A stretch of DNA of 64,000 nt from an uncultured Chitinophaga sp. (GCA_964631835.1 CAZWAD010000001.1:180063-244062); one strand, 5' to 3'. Counted from the stretch's first letter, positions 39,117-49,017 are shown. Translations and numbers: made by a program. Notes: generated by a model not told the origin, from the letters alone.

Positions 39117-39147
39117 CCCCTAAATCCCTTAAGGGGGACTTGAAAGG
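39117..39147 (+). repeat. REP-like palindromic element, copy 1
   Basis: CCCCTAAATCCCTTAAGGGGGACTTGAAAGG lies directly after the pfkB-like stop. An inverted near-copy is at 43037-43070. Confidence 0.6.
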
Positions 39148-39214
39148 CACATTACATTCTAAAGTTTATGCAGATTCCCCAATACTTCTCAAGGTAATAG
39201 CCTTGGGGGTCAAT

Positions 39215-39385
39215 AGTTCCAATTCGTAACCTCCATTTTCCGTTTCGCCCCCCTGAGGTTCCATTCTGTCCCCCTTGGGTTCCATTTCGTCCCCTTTAGG
39301 TTCCATAGCGTCACCTCCTGGTTCCACCGCGTCCTCTTGAGGTTCCATTTCGTCATCTTCGCTTTCCATTTCAAACCCGAAATGG
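39215..39385. repeat. Tandem array C: 8 units of exactly 21 bp, homologous to array B
   Basis: GTTCCA (or a variant) recurs at 39216, 39237 (degenerate), 39258, 39279, 39300, 39321, 39342 and 39363. It ends in the hairpin CCATTTC-N6-GAAATGG (39366-39385). Confidence 0.9.
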
Positions 39386-39535
39386 CCGTTCAGAGCAGTG
39401 CCATGAGGGTTAGATATGCAGAAATAAGAGAGATAAACAGCGCCACATCGAGTCGGGTTAATGCATTGGCTATGCGGTTTAAAGCGGAGTATAAGAAGTT
39501 GGGGACGGCCGGTGGGTTATACCGTGAAATGCCAT

Positions 39536-40419
39536 TCAAGCATCAGCGGGCGATGATAAAACCTTTGGAAGCGGAAAGGCCTGCCTGTCAGTAAGCTTAA
39601 GCACGTAGTAACCGGGGGGGTGAGATGTTTAACAGATAAGTTAAACATGTTTGCTGAAATAATTTTATGGGTGTCCAACAGGTTTCCGGCCACGTCATAT
39701 ATGTAAGCATCAAATGGAGCGTGATTTCCCGCATCAGCAGTTATAGTTATTTCATCGGTGGCGGGGTTGGGGAAGAGGAGGAAGGAATTGGAAGCGAAGG
39801 TTTCATCAATGTTGTTATAAGAATAAAGGGCGGAATCAATCCAGCTGATGGCACCCGAAGAATAGTAAGCCAGAGCCAGGCCATTTCCATGTTCGGGTAT
39901 ATCTTGTCCACCAACCCAAGTATTAGAATATTTTTCACCCGATTTTTTCTTCAATATAAGACTCGCACCAATTATATCCCAAAGGGTCAGCCTGATAATG
40001 ATTAGTCCTATAATTAAGGAATGTATCAATATAAGAATAAACAGTGTCCCAGCATGACGTAGAAGTATCGCATGAACAAACCGCCCACCAATACGAATAA
40101 AAAGGATTAGATGCCTCAAAGGAAGTAACAGGTGAATCAACAGGATTGATATTAAGATTAGCTATTGCGCCAGAAGGAAAATATTTAAGCTGGTAAATAA
40201 TGGTATCATTACTGTTTTGCCTAGCGAGAACAGTAAACCCACTAAGCGATTGATAAAATGTTACAGGTGCTCCAAAACCGGAAGGAACGGTATATGAACT
40301 TCTATAAATGAATGTATCTCCAATCTGCCAGTTAAATGCTTCTCCAATGGTAAGAGTATCATTTACCGCCTTCGCGTTAAAAGCAAAAAAAACAGAACTA
40401 CTGTGGCTAAGTGCTTCAT
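39536..40419 (-). pseudogene. Frameshifted gene for a T9SS-CTD-bearing secreted protein
   Basis: The signal peptide frame (ATG at 40419, MKHLATVVLFF), the body (track ORF 39935..40426) and the CTD (track ORF 39517..40140, FPNPATDEITI...YIYDVAGNLL) lie in three different frames. The switches occur at homopolymers 40385-40392, 39943-39948 and 39614-39620. Confidence 0.65.
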
Positions 40420-40455
40420 ACGCCAAAGGTAGAAAGCAAAAACTGCTTTCGCGGT

Positions 40456-42186
40456 TTATTTATCTAACCAAACCTCTCTAAAGCTGCGGTACTCCATACC
40501 GTTGTTCGGAAAGTTGCGGACATAAGGCTGAATAAGCCTGCGGTTTACCGAATAATAAATGGGTAAGAAAGGGGCATCGTTTACCAGCATCTGGTCAAGC
40601 TCGGCATACATGCGGTTGCGTACTGTAGCATCGGGTGTGGCAATGGCTTTTTCAAACAACTCATCGTAGCGCGGGTTTACATAGCGCGTGGGGTTCATGT
40701 ACGAAGCTTCTTCAAAAGTTTTGGGAACATTTTTTCCGTAAAACAAATTGAGGAAGTTGCTGGGGTCGGGGTAATCGGCAATCCAGGCAAATCGCCAGAA
40801 ATTGGTTTTACCGGTTTCTACATTACCGGTATGCTGCGCCCACACCACCCGCGAAATCTCTACATCAATGTTCAGGTTTTCGCTCAGCATTTTCTGAATA
40901 GCTTCGGCTACTTTTTCGTTGCGCCCGCCACCGCTGTTTATTTCGAGCGTAGTTCTCGGAAATCCCTTGCCATCGGGGTAGCCGGCTTTAGCCAGATATT
41001 CTTTCGCCTTTTTTGCATCGAAATAAAAACCTTTCACCAGGCTGTTGTCATAACCGGGAATACCCAGCGGAACAAAGCCGTTGAAAGCGGGCAGGCCTTC
41101 GCCCTTGGTAGTATAGTCGGCAATCTTGGCGCGGTCAATGGCATAGTTAAAAGCCAGGCGAACATTTTTATTGCTGAAAACCGGGTCAACAAAAAGAAAA
41201 CCGTAAAACTGAACCGAAAGCTCGGGCTTAATCTGAAGCACATATTTTTTGTAGTCGCCTTTCAACTGGTGACTGGCATCCAGAATGTCATCCGCCATAT
41301 CAAACGGAATGCGATACTTCATATCCAGGTTCGCTTTCTGAAACTCAAGCATGTCGGTTTTATCTTCTTTGATGAAAGAAATTTTAATGGCATCGAGATA
41401 AGGCAACTGGTTTCCGAACTCATCTTTGCCCCAGTATTTTTCGTTGCGCGCCAGAATTACCGCTTCATCGGTTTTCAGCGCCTTCAGGTAAAAGGGACCG
41501 GTGCCTACCGTGTGGTAAAGAATATCGCCTTTATAATAATCAACCGCCTCTTTCGGAAATACATTCATGAACGGAAGAGCCAGCCGGTTCAGAAAATCGG
41601 CAAAAGGTTTTTCAAGGGTTATTTCCAGAACGGAATCGCTCAGGGCTTTAACTCCCCATGCAGCAAGTTCTTTGGTATCATCCTGTTTATTCTGGCGGAC
41701 CGTGTAAAGCGCAGTAGCTCCTTTTACAATATTGCGGAAAAAAGCAAAGCCATTGTTTTTTGAATCGGGAGAACACAGCAAATTGAAACAGTAAACAAAA
41801 TCGTTGGCGGTTACTTCGCGCCCCTTGCCGTCAGTAAAACATTTGTCATCATGAAAAAAAACACCCTTGCGGATTTTGAAAGTATAAACGGTGGCATTGC
41901 CGCTTACCGTCCAGCTTTCTGCAATCAACGGGTCAATGGTTAAGTCTTTAGGATTGAAGCCAACCAGTCCTTCATAAATCTGAGTAACAATCCGGTGGCC
42001 TACAACTTCGGTAATAGCAAGCGGGTAGAGTGTTTTAAGAAACTCGGTTTCGTTATACCGGAACATGCCCCCGTACTTGATTCCGCCCTTGCCCTGTGTT
42101 TGCTGTGTTGTTTTTTTACTGCCGGAGTTGCAGGAGAACAGTAAAACAATGGTAACGAAAACTATAACCGGATAAATCTTTTTCAT
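40456..42186 (-). CDS. ABC transporter substrate-binding lipoprotein (family 5, peptide/oligopeptide type)
   Basis: 576 aa with lipoprotein signal ...VLLFSC. The overall pattern is typical of OppA/DppA-family binding proteins. Confidence 0.8.
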   Translation of the reverse strand: MKKIYPVIVFVTIVLLFSCNSGSKKTTQQTQGKGGIKYGGMFRYNETEFLKTLYPLAITEVVGHRIVTQIYEGLVGFNPKDLTIDPLIAESWTVSGNATVYTFKIRKGVFFHDDKCFTDGKGREVTANDFVYCFNLLCSPDSKNNGFAFFRNIVKGATALYTVRQNKQDDTKELAAWGVKALSDSVLEITLEKPFADFLNRLALPFMNVFPKEAVDYYKGDILYHTVGTGPFYLKALKTDEAVILARNEKYWGKDEFGNQLPYLDAIKISFIKEDKTDMLEFQKANLDMKYRIPFDMADDILDASHQLKGDYKKYVLQIKPELSVQFYGFLFVDPVFSNKNVRLAFNYAIDRAKIADYTTKGEGLPAFNGFVPLGIPGYDNSLVKGFYFDAKKAKEYLAKAGYPDGKGFPRTTLEINSGGGRNEKVAEAIQKMLSENLNIDVEISRVVWAQHTGNVETGKTNFWRFAWIADYPDPSNFLNLFYGKNVPKTFEEASYMNPTRYVNPRYDELFEKAIATPDATVRNRMYAELDQMLVNDAPFLPIYYSVNRRLIQPYVRNFPNNGMEYRSFREVWLDK

Positions 42187-42226
42187 GAAGAGAATTTTAT
42201 TGGCGTGAAGAAAAGAAATAAATGAT

Positions 42227-43027
42227 TCAGAGCCGCTCCCGGCGCTCGCTCACATAAAACCGGAACAGAAAATAAACGGCCAATGCATCGAGCAAATGCC
42301 AGATGGCATGACCTTGAATAAGCGAATAAGGATTGCAGAACATTTCAGTCTTTTTTTCCAGGTTCCAGATTAAAAAGGCAACAAGCAATGAGCCTAAGCT
42401 GAGCAATCCCCATTTTATTTCATGGTCGAATTTACGAACGAAAGAATTGAGCGCTTCAAAAATTACGGTCATACTTACAAATACCCCGAAAATAAAATTG
42501 CCGAAGTAGCCCACCAGCGGCATCCGGTACGGTAAACCCTGAACGTTAACGCACAATACAACTATAGCTGCGAAAATTATAGTGAAGCGCTGCGGGCCGT
42601 AATTGAAAAACCGCTGCATGGCATACGAAGTAGAAAAGCCTGCAACCAAATACATGGAAAGCATATCCAGAAAACCACCGGCTCTTGTCTCTGTGGCGTG
42701 CATCGCCATTGAACCGGGACCCAGAAATACTGCGAGCGATGAAAAAAAAATGGCCGTGAAATTGCTTTGGGTAAAAATGTTTCTGTTTTCGTTAAATCTT
42801 CCGCGCGAAAGTTGCCAGGCCATGGTTAGTCCGGCTACAATGAAACCAATGTTACTCCAGGTGTTAGAAGGTTGTTTGATTAGCCCGGGACGTGAGGCTT
42901 CGCAAAAAGCATCACCGGTATGGTCCCATTCGCCCAGCCAGCCGTTGAATAGCGCTAAAAAGAAAAGAACCAGTAAAACAACGGCAACTAAAGAAGTAAT
43001 AGTAAAAATTGATTTTCGGGAATTCAT
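42227..43027 (-). CDS. Seven-TM membrane protein, ceramidase-like (tentative)
   Basis: 266 aa. WSNIGF near the first TM and HAIWHLLDA near the C-terminus resemble the alkaline ceramidase/hydrolase family. The family call is from memory only. Confidence 0.55.
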   Translation of the reverse strand: MNSRKSIFTITSLVAVVLLVLFFLALFNGWLGEWDHTGDAFCEASRPGLIKQPSNTWSNIGFIVAGLTMAWQLSRGRFNENRNIFTQSNFTAIFFSSLAVFLGPGSMAMHATETRAGGFLDMLSMYLVAGFSTSYAMQRFFNYGPQRFTIIFAAIVVLCVNVQGLPYRMPLVGYFGNFIFGVFVSMTVIFEALNSFVRKFDHEIKWGLLSLGSLLVAFLIWNLEKKTEMFCNPYSLIQGHAIWHLLDALAVYFLFRFYVSERRERL

Positions 43028-43036
43028 TCTATGACC

Positions 43037-43070
43037 GGGATTTCAAAGTCCCCTTTAGGGGATTTAGGGG
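43037..43070 (-). repeat. REP-like palindromic element, copy 2 (inverted relative to copy 1)
   Basis: The reverse complement CCCCTAAATCCCCTAAAGGGGACTTTGAAATCCC overlaps the stop and last two codons of xth. Confidence 0.6.
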
Positions 43071-43843
43071 TTGGTTTTAATCTTGCAATAAACCGGGCAA
43101 TGGTCGCTGTGCTTCACCTGCTGAAACATTTTTGCTTCCACTAAACCCTTTTCCAGGTTCCTGGTAGTTGCAATGTAATCAATCCGCCAGCCTTTGTTAT
43201 TTGCGCGTGCATTAGCGCGGAAACTCCACCACGAGTATTCATGTGGCTGAGGATTGAAGTAGCGAAACGTATCAATAAACCCTGAGCTGAAATACTTTTC
43301 CATCCATGCGCGCTCCTCGGGTTTAAAGCCGGAGGTATCTTTATTCGAAATGGGGTTATGAATATCAATTTCGCGGTGGCAGATGTTGTAGTCACCTGCA
43401 ACCACAAGTTTGCTTCTCTTCTTTTCCAAATCATGAATATAATCGAAGAAAAAATCGAGGTATTGCATTTTCACTGCCTGTCGCTCATCACCGGTAGTTC
43501 CGCTGGGGAAGTAAGCGCTCATAATGCTTATATCTCCAAAATCCACGCGCAGGTTTCTTCCTTCATCATCATACTTTTTCTCACCGCAGCCTTCAACCAC
43601 ATTATCAGGCTGAACCTTTGAGAAAACAGCCACTCCGCTATAACCCGGTTTTACTGCCGGAAAAATATGACAGTGGTAACCAACGGCTTCAAAGGGTTTT
43701 GGATCGAAATCTTTTCGGGCAATTTTTATTTCCTGCAAACACAATACGTCCGGGCTTTCGGTTTTGAGCCAGTCAACAAAACCTTTGGTCATGGCGCTGC
43801 GGATACCGTTTACATTGTAGGAAATAATTTTCAGCTCGCCCAT
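43064..43843 (-). CDS. xth: Exodeoxyribonuclease III
   Basis: 259 aa. N-terminal KIISYNVNGIRSA, LCLQEIK, and C-terminal SDHCPV. Confidence 0.93.
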   Translation of the reverse strand: MGELKIISYNVNGIRSAMTKGFVDWLKTESPDVLCLQEIKIARKDFDPKPFEAVGYHCHIFPAVKPGYSGVAVFSKVQPDNVVEGCGEKKYDDEGRNLRVDFGDISIMSAYFPSGTTGDERQAVKMQYLDFFFDYIHDLEKKRSKLVVAGDYNICHREIDIHNPISNKDTSGFKPEERAWMEKYFSSGFIDTFRYFNPQPHEYSWWSFRANARANNKGWRIDYIATTRNLEKGLVEAKMFQQVKHSDHCPVYCKIKTNP

Positions 43844-43906
43844 AAAAATTTATCTTGGTTTTGAGCCGAAAATAATAATCTCGCTATACAAACAGCGGTA
43901 CCCTGA

Positions 43907-45031
43907 ATGAGAATTGCTTTCGATGCCAAGCGTGCTCTAAATAACCCGACCGGTTTGGGAAACCATGCGCGTATTTTGCTGAATGCGCTCATGCGCGATT
44001 TTCCGGAAAATGAGTATTTGCTTTTTTCTCCAAAAGCAAAAGAAGAATTCCTGGAACAACTAAGTGGTGATTTCAAATTATTTTTCCCGGAAACGAAATT
44101 CCAAAAGTCGTTTCACCCGCTTTGGCGTTCATTTGGAATCAATCGCCAATTGCAAAAAGCACGAGTAGATATTTACCACGGGCTCAGTAATGAAATACCA
44201 CTCCGAAATACGCAATCCTCAATCCACTATGTTGTAACCATTCACGATTTAATTTTTCTGAAGCACACCGAACAATATCCATTCATTGACCGCCAGATTT
44301 ACCTACTGAAAACAAAATATGCCGCAAAAAATGCCGACAAGATTATTGCTGTGAGTAACGAAACGAAAAATGACCTGATGGAATTTTACCAGGTTTCGGA
44401 GAAAAAGATTGTTGTTATTTATCCGAGTGTGGATGTTGCTTTCCAGACCGGTGACCGAAGACCGATGACCGATGTAAAACCAAAATACGGCCTTCCTCTA
44501 AAATTCATTTTGAACGTTGGCAGCTTTTTTCCACGCAAAAACCAGAGAACGCTGATTGAAGCGTTTAACTTGCTCAAGAATAACATTGAAGAAGATTTAG
44601 TGTTGATTGGAAGCGGAGGAAATAAGCAGAATGAAATAGAAGAATTGGTTCAAAAGAAAAAGCTGCAAAAAAGAGTGAAGATTCTCACCAACGTTTTGAA
44701 CAAAGATTTGCCAGCAATTTACCGAAGCGCAAGTGTATTTGTGTTCCCGAGTTTGTTTGAAGGTTTTGGGGCTCCGGTTCTTGAAGCGTTGTTCTCCAAC
44801 TTACCAGTGATTGCAACTAAAGGAGGCGCAATTGCAGAAGCGGGCGGGAAAGATTCTCTTTATATAAACCCAAATTCAGAAGAAGAAATTGCTGATGCTA
44901 TGCTAAAAGTATTGAGCAATGAAAATTTAAAAACTAAAATGGTTGAAAGCGGATTTGCTCATGCTCAAACTATTACCGATAAAGTTTTTGCTGAGAAGAC
45001 GATGAAAGCTTATTTCGAAGTTACCGGATAA
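43907..45031 (+). CDS. Glycosyltransferase family 4 (GT-B fold)
   Basis: 374 aa with the E-x7-E region PSLFEGFGAPVLEALFSNLPVIA. Confidence 0.85.
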   Translation: MRIAFDAKRALNNPTGLGNHARILLNALMRDFPENEYLLFSPKAKEEFLEQLSGDFKLFFPETKFQKSFHPLWRSFGINRQLQKARVDIYHGLSNEIPLRNTQSSIHYVVTIHDLIFLKHTEQYPFIDRQIYLLKTKYAAKNADKIIAVSNETKNDLMEFYQVSEKKIVVIYPSVDVAFQTGDRRPMTDVKPKYGLPLKFILNVGSFFPRKNQRTLIEAFNLLKNNIEEDLVLIGSGGNKQNEIEELVQKKKLQKRVKILTNVLNKDLPAIYRSASVFVFPSLFEGFGAPVLEALFSNLPVIATKGGAIAEAGGKDSLYINPNSEEEIADAMLKVLSNENLKTKMVESGFAHAQTITDKVFAEKTMKAYFEVTG

Positions 45032-47692
45032 TTATAACTTCCGCTGCACTTCAACTTCTTCAAATATCTCAAGCACATCTCCGGGTTTTACATCCTGGAA
45101 ATCTTTTACCACCACACCGCATTCCAGGCCGCTCACCACTTCTTTAGCATCGTCTTTAAAGCGCTTGAGGCTTCCTACGCTTCCGGAGTGAATTACAATT
45201 CCATCGCGGATTATGCGTAGTTTCGATTTGTTGAGTATTCTTCCATCGCGCACAAAGCAACCGGCTACGGTTCCAACTTTGCTTACATGAATGGCATCCT
45301 TTACATCAAGGTTGCCAATGATTTTTTCTTCAATCTTAGGTTCAAGCAATCCTTCCATCGCACTCTTGATTTCCTCAATGGCATTGTAGATAATCGAATA
45401 GAGTCGGATATCCACACCCTCTGCTTCGGCAATTTTCTTCGCGTTTTGGGATGGACGAACATTAAATCCAATCACAATAGCATCGGAAGCAGTAGCAAGT
45501 AGCACATCTGATTCGGAAATAGCGCCTACACCTTTATGGATAATGCGGATTTGAATTTCTTCGGTTGAAAGCTTCAGTAAAGAATCGGCAATAGCTTCTA
45601 CTGAGCCGTCCACATCTCCTTTGATAATCAAATTCAGTTCTTTGAAATTACCCAAAGCAAGACGTCTTCCGATTTCATCGAGCGTAATGTGCTTCTTGGT
45701 GCGGATTCCGGTTTCGCGTTCAATTTGTGCGCGTTTGGTGGCAAGTTCTTTCGCGCCCTGCTCATTATCGAACACCTTAAATTTTTCGCCAGCTTGCGGA
45801 GCACCGCTTAACCCAAGAATCTGAACGGGAGCAGCAGGACCTGCTTCCTTTATTTTTTCACCGGTGTGGTCGAACATGGCTTTTATTCTTCCGTAGTATG
45901 GTCCGGAAACAATAATATCACCCATTTTCAGGGTTCCCGCCTGAACAAGAAGTGTAGCAGTATAGCCGCGACCTTTATCCAAAGCCGCTTCAATCACTGA
46001 ACCAACTGCCTCCTTATCCGGATTAGCTTTCAGGTCCAATAAATCAGCCTGAATTAAAATCTTTTCAAGAAGCAAATCAATATTCAAGCCTTTTTTGGCA
46101 GAAATTTCCTGTGACTGGTAAGGGCCGCCCCATTCTTCAACCAATAAGTTCATAGTTGAAAGTTGTTCGCGGATTTTGTTGGCGTTCGCCCCATCTTTAT
46201 CAATTTTGTTGAAAGCAAAAATCATGGGAACGCCAGCACTCTGTGCGTGGTTAATCGCTTCTTTCGTTTGAGGCATAACCGCATCATCAGCAGCAATCAC
46301 TATTACTGCTATGTCGGTAACTTTTGCACCGCGTGCGCGCATGGCGGTAAACGCTTCGTGACCGGGGGTATCGAGAAAAGTAATTTGACGACCGGTCGGA
46401 GTTGTTACCTCATACGCACCAATATGCTGAGTAATTCCTCCCGCTTCTTTCGCTACCACATTTGTTTTGCGAATGTAGTCGAGCAGGGATGTTTTACCGT
46501 GGTCAACGTGACCCATGATAGTAACAATGGGTGCACGCGGTTTTAAATCTTCGGGTTTGTCAGGAACATCCTCGTTAAAGGCAGTCTGGTCTGCAGCAGA
46601 AATAAATTCCACTTCAAAACCGTGTTCGGCAGCTACAAGTTCAATTATGGTAGCATCTAAACGCTGGTTAATCGAAACAATAACGCCCAACTGCATACAA
46701 GTTTGAATAATCTGCACCGGTGTAATGCTCATGAGACTGGCAATCTCAGCTACCGAAATAAATTCCGCTACCTGTAATTTGTTATTCTGTAAATCTTTCT
46801 TTTCCGTGGCAAGTTTTTCCTGGATGGCTTCGCGTTTTTCCCTCCGCAGCTTGGAGCGGTCGCTTTTGGAAGTTTGCGCCTGAATTTTCGCCATCGTGGC
46901 TCGGATTTTATCTTCTATCTCTTTTTCGGTGATTTCAGCAGGCTGAATTCCTACCTCCTGTTTTTTAATGGTATCTCGCTTACGCTGGAAACTCTCTACT
47001 TTCTTATCGTAGTATGTATCGCTGGTGAGCGGGGCACGCTCTTTCTTTTTAACCAGTTTACGCTTACGTTCGTGTTTTACTCCTTCAGCTTTCCTTTCGT
47101 CAACTTCCTCTTTCTTCTTTGATTTTTCTTCAAATTTTGAAAGGTCAACCGTTCCTACCTGCTTGGGTCCGGTAAGTGTTTGATACTTGGTCTCTATTTT
47201 TTCTTCCGGTTGCTTGTCTTCCTGAACTTGTTTCTTCTTCGTTTTTTCTTTTTCTTTTGTTTCCCCCTTTTCGGTCTCTTTTTCCCTTTTCGGTTTTTTC
47301 TCTAAATCAATTTTACCGATAACCTTAGCCCCCTCCAACTGAACTTTTTCTGCAGAAATTGTTTCCTCGTCTGCTTTTGAAATGATGTTGGTCTTAATCA
47401 GTACATCTTTTTCTTCCCTTTCCCTGCGATGAGTGGAGATGGGATCCTGGGGCATCTCAATCGTTTCCTTTTTAGCTTTTTCGGCCTTGGCAGAACTGTC
47501 TGCTTTTTCTTTCACGGATTTATCTTCGCCAAACTCTTTGTCAAGCAGGGCAATCATTTCCGGAGTCAGCTTCTCATTTGGGTTTCCGGTGAGTACAAAC
47601 TTTCCCTTCTTCAATGTTTCGAGGATATGTTCCTGTGAAACATTGTATGTTGCGCCTGCCTTTGCTAATCGTAATGCCTTTACTTCTGCCAT
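45032..47692 (-). CDS. infB: Translation initiation factor IF-2
   Basis: 886 aa. Charged N-terminal region and a GTPase domain with GHVDHGKTSLLD, DTPGH and NKID. Confidence 0.97.
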   Translation of the reverse strand: MAEVKALRLAKAGATYNVSQEHILETLKKGKFVLTGNPNEKLTPEMIALLDKEFGEDKSVKEKADSSAKAEKAKKETIEMPQDPISTHRREREEKDVLIKTNIISKADEETISAEKVQLEGAKVIGKIDLEKKPKREKETEKGETKEKEKTKKKQVQEDKQPEEKIETKYQTLTGPKQVGTVDLSKFEEKSKKKEEVDERKAEGVKHERKRKLVKKKERAPLTSDTYYDKKVESFQRKRDTIKKQEVGIQPAEITEKEIEDKIRATMAKIQAQTSKSDRSKLRREKREAIQEKLATEKKDLQNNKLQVAEFISVAEIASLMSITPVQIIQTCMQLGVIVSINQRLDATIIELVAAEHGFEVEFISAADQTAFNEDVPDKPEDLKPRAPIVTIMGHVDHGKTSLLDYIRKTNVVAKEAGGITQHIGAYEVTTPTGRQITFLDTPGHEAFTAMRARGAKVTDIAVIVIAADDAVMPQTKEAINHAQSAGVPMIFAFNKIDKDGANANKIREQLSTMNLLVEEWGGPYQSQEISAKKGLNIDLLLEKILIQADLLDLKANPDKEAVGSVIEAALDKGRGYTATLLVQAGTLKMGDIIVSGPYYGRIKAMFDHTGEKIKEAGPAAPVQILGLSGAPQAGEKFKVFDNEQGAKELATKRAQIERETGIRTKKHITLDEIGRRLALGNFKELNLIIKGDVDGSVEAIADSLLKLSTEEIQIRIIHKGVGAISESDVLLATASDAIVIGFNVRPSQNAKKIAEAEGVDIRLYSIIYNAIEEIKSAMEGLLEPKIEEKIIGNLDVKDAIHVSKVGTVAGCFVRDGRILNKSKLRIIRDGIVIHSGSVGSLKRFKDDAKEVVSGLECGVVVKDFQDVKPGDVLEIFEEVEVQRKL

Positions 47693-47719
47693 TCGTTTAA
47701 TTGGCTAACCAATCACTTT

Positions 47720-48973
47720 TTATTTATCGTCTTTAAACTCGCTTTCGAGAATTTTCCTGATTTCCTTAATAGTCTCCTCTTCCAAGTCTGTTCTGCGAAC
47801 CAGTTCGTCCTCGCTCAGTTGAAGAACACTTTTTGCGGTATCGCAACCGATTTTTTTGAGTTCATCAATCATCCAGCCGTCAATTTCGTCAGCAAATTCT
47901 TCGAGGTCAATATCGTACTCCTCTTCGTTGCCCTCTTCGTTTTCCCGGTACACATCAATTTCGAAACCAACGAGACGGCTGGCAAGTTTAATGTTAACCC
48001 CACGCTTACCAATAGCCAGCGAAACCTGCTCCGGTTTTAGATAAACAGAAATTTGTTTTTTCTCCTGGTCAATATCCAGCGAGCTGATTTTTGCGGGAGC
48101 CAGCGCACGCTGAACCATAAGCGAAAGATTATTTGTGTGGTTGATGATATCAATATTCTCGTTTTTTAATTCGCGTACAATACCGTGAATACGCGAACCT
48201 TTAACACCTACACAGGCTCCTACCGGGTCAATACGGTCGTCAAAAGATTCAACTACTACTTTGGCTTTTTCGCCCGGTTCACGAACGATGTTACGGATAA
48301 CAATCAGACCGTCAAAAATTTCGGGAACCTCGGCTTCCATAAGCTTGGCAAGGAAAGCATTATCGGTACGCGAAAGCAAGATAACAGGCGTGCCGCCACG
48401 TAATTCTACTTTTTTGACAACCGCACGAACAGTTTCTCCTTTTTTGAAAAAATCTGAACGGATTTGCTCGGATTTGGGAAGAAGCAATTCGTTGCCTTCT
48501 TCGTCCAGCATCAGAATTTCCTTTTTCCAAACTTGGTACACTTCAGCAGAAACAATTTCGCCCACACGGTCTTTATATTTTTTGAAAACTTCGTCTTTTT
48601 CCAAATCGCCCACTTTAGAGGCAAGGGTTTGGCGGGCTGTTAGTACAGCTCTACGCCCGAAACTTTCGAGTTCAATTTTCTCGTAAGTTTCTTCACCTAT
48701 ATCAAAATCTTCCTCAATTTTTTTTGCCTCGCTGATACCAATTTGAGTGATGGGGTTTTCTACTGCATCATCAGCAACAATTTCGCGCTTGTGCCAAATT
48801 TCCAAATCACCCTTATCGGTATTGACGATAATGTCGAAATTATCTACATCGCCATATTTCTTTTTCAGAAGTGTGCGGAAAACATCTTCAAGCACCTTCA
48901 TCATAGTTGGACGGTCGATGTTTTTCATTTGCTTGAATTCGCTAAAGGAGTCAATCAGTTCTATGCTGTTCAT
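47720..48973 (-). CDS. nusA: Transcription termination/antitermination factor NusA
   Basis: 417 aa with N-terminal, S1 and two KH domains. It sits between rimP and infB. Confidence 0.97.
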   Translation of the reverse strand: MNSIELIDSFSEFKQMKNIDRPTMMKVLEDVFRTLLKKKYGDVDNFDIIVNTDKGDLEIWHKREIVADDAVENPITQIGISEAKKIEEDFDIGEETYEKIELESFGRRAVLTARQTLASKVGDLEKDEVFKKYKDRVGEIVSAEVYQVWKKEILMLDEEGNELLLPKSEQIRSDFFKKGETVRAVVKKVELRGGTPVILLSRTDNAFLAKLMEAEVPEIFDGLIVIRNIVREPGEKAKVVVESFDDRIDPVGACVGVKGSRIHGIVRELKNENIDIINHTNNLSLMVQRALAPAKISSLDIDQEKKQISVYLKPEQVSLAIGKRGVNIKLASRLVGFEIDVYRENEEGNEEEYDIDLEEFADEIDGWMIDELKKIGCDTAKSVLQLSEDELVRRTDLEEETIKEIRKILESEFKDDK

Positions 48974-49017
48974 TTTTACTGCTTTTTAATGTTTGAAGTT
49001 TATGGTTTTTTGTTTGT

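Noticed and set aside
38593-39150. 185-aa minus-strand ORF
   Set aside because: It is antisense to the PfkB-family kinase, and its N-terminus is read through the REP-like element.
39166-39369. 67-aa acidic repeat ORF (MEPKGDE heptads) on the minus strand of array C
   Set aside because: The homologous frame of the related array B contains stop codons, so coding on this strand is not conserved between the two copies.
40831-41763. 310-aa plus-strand ORF
   Set aside because: It is entirely antisense to the well-supported substrate-binding-protein gene 40456..42186. The composition is typical of a shadow ORF.
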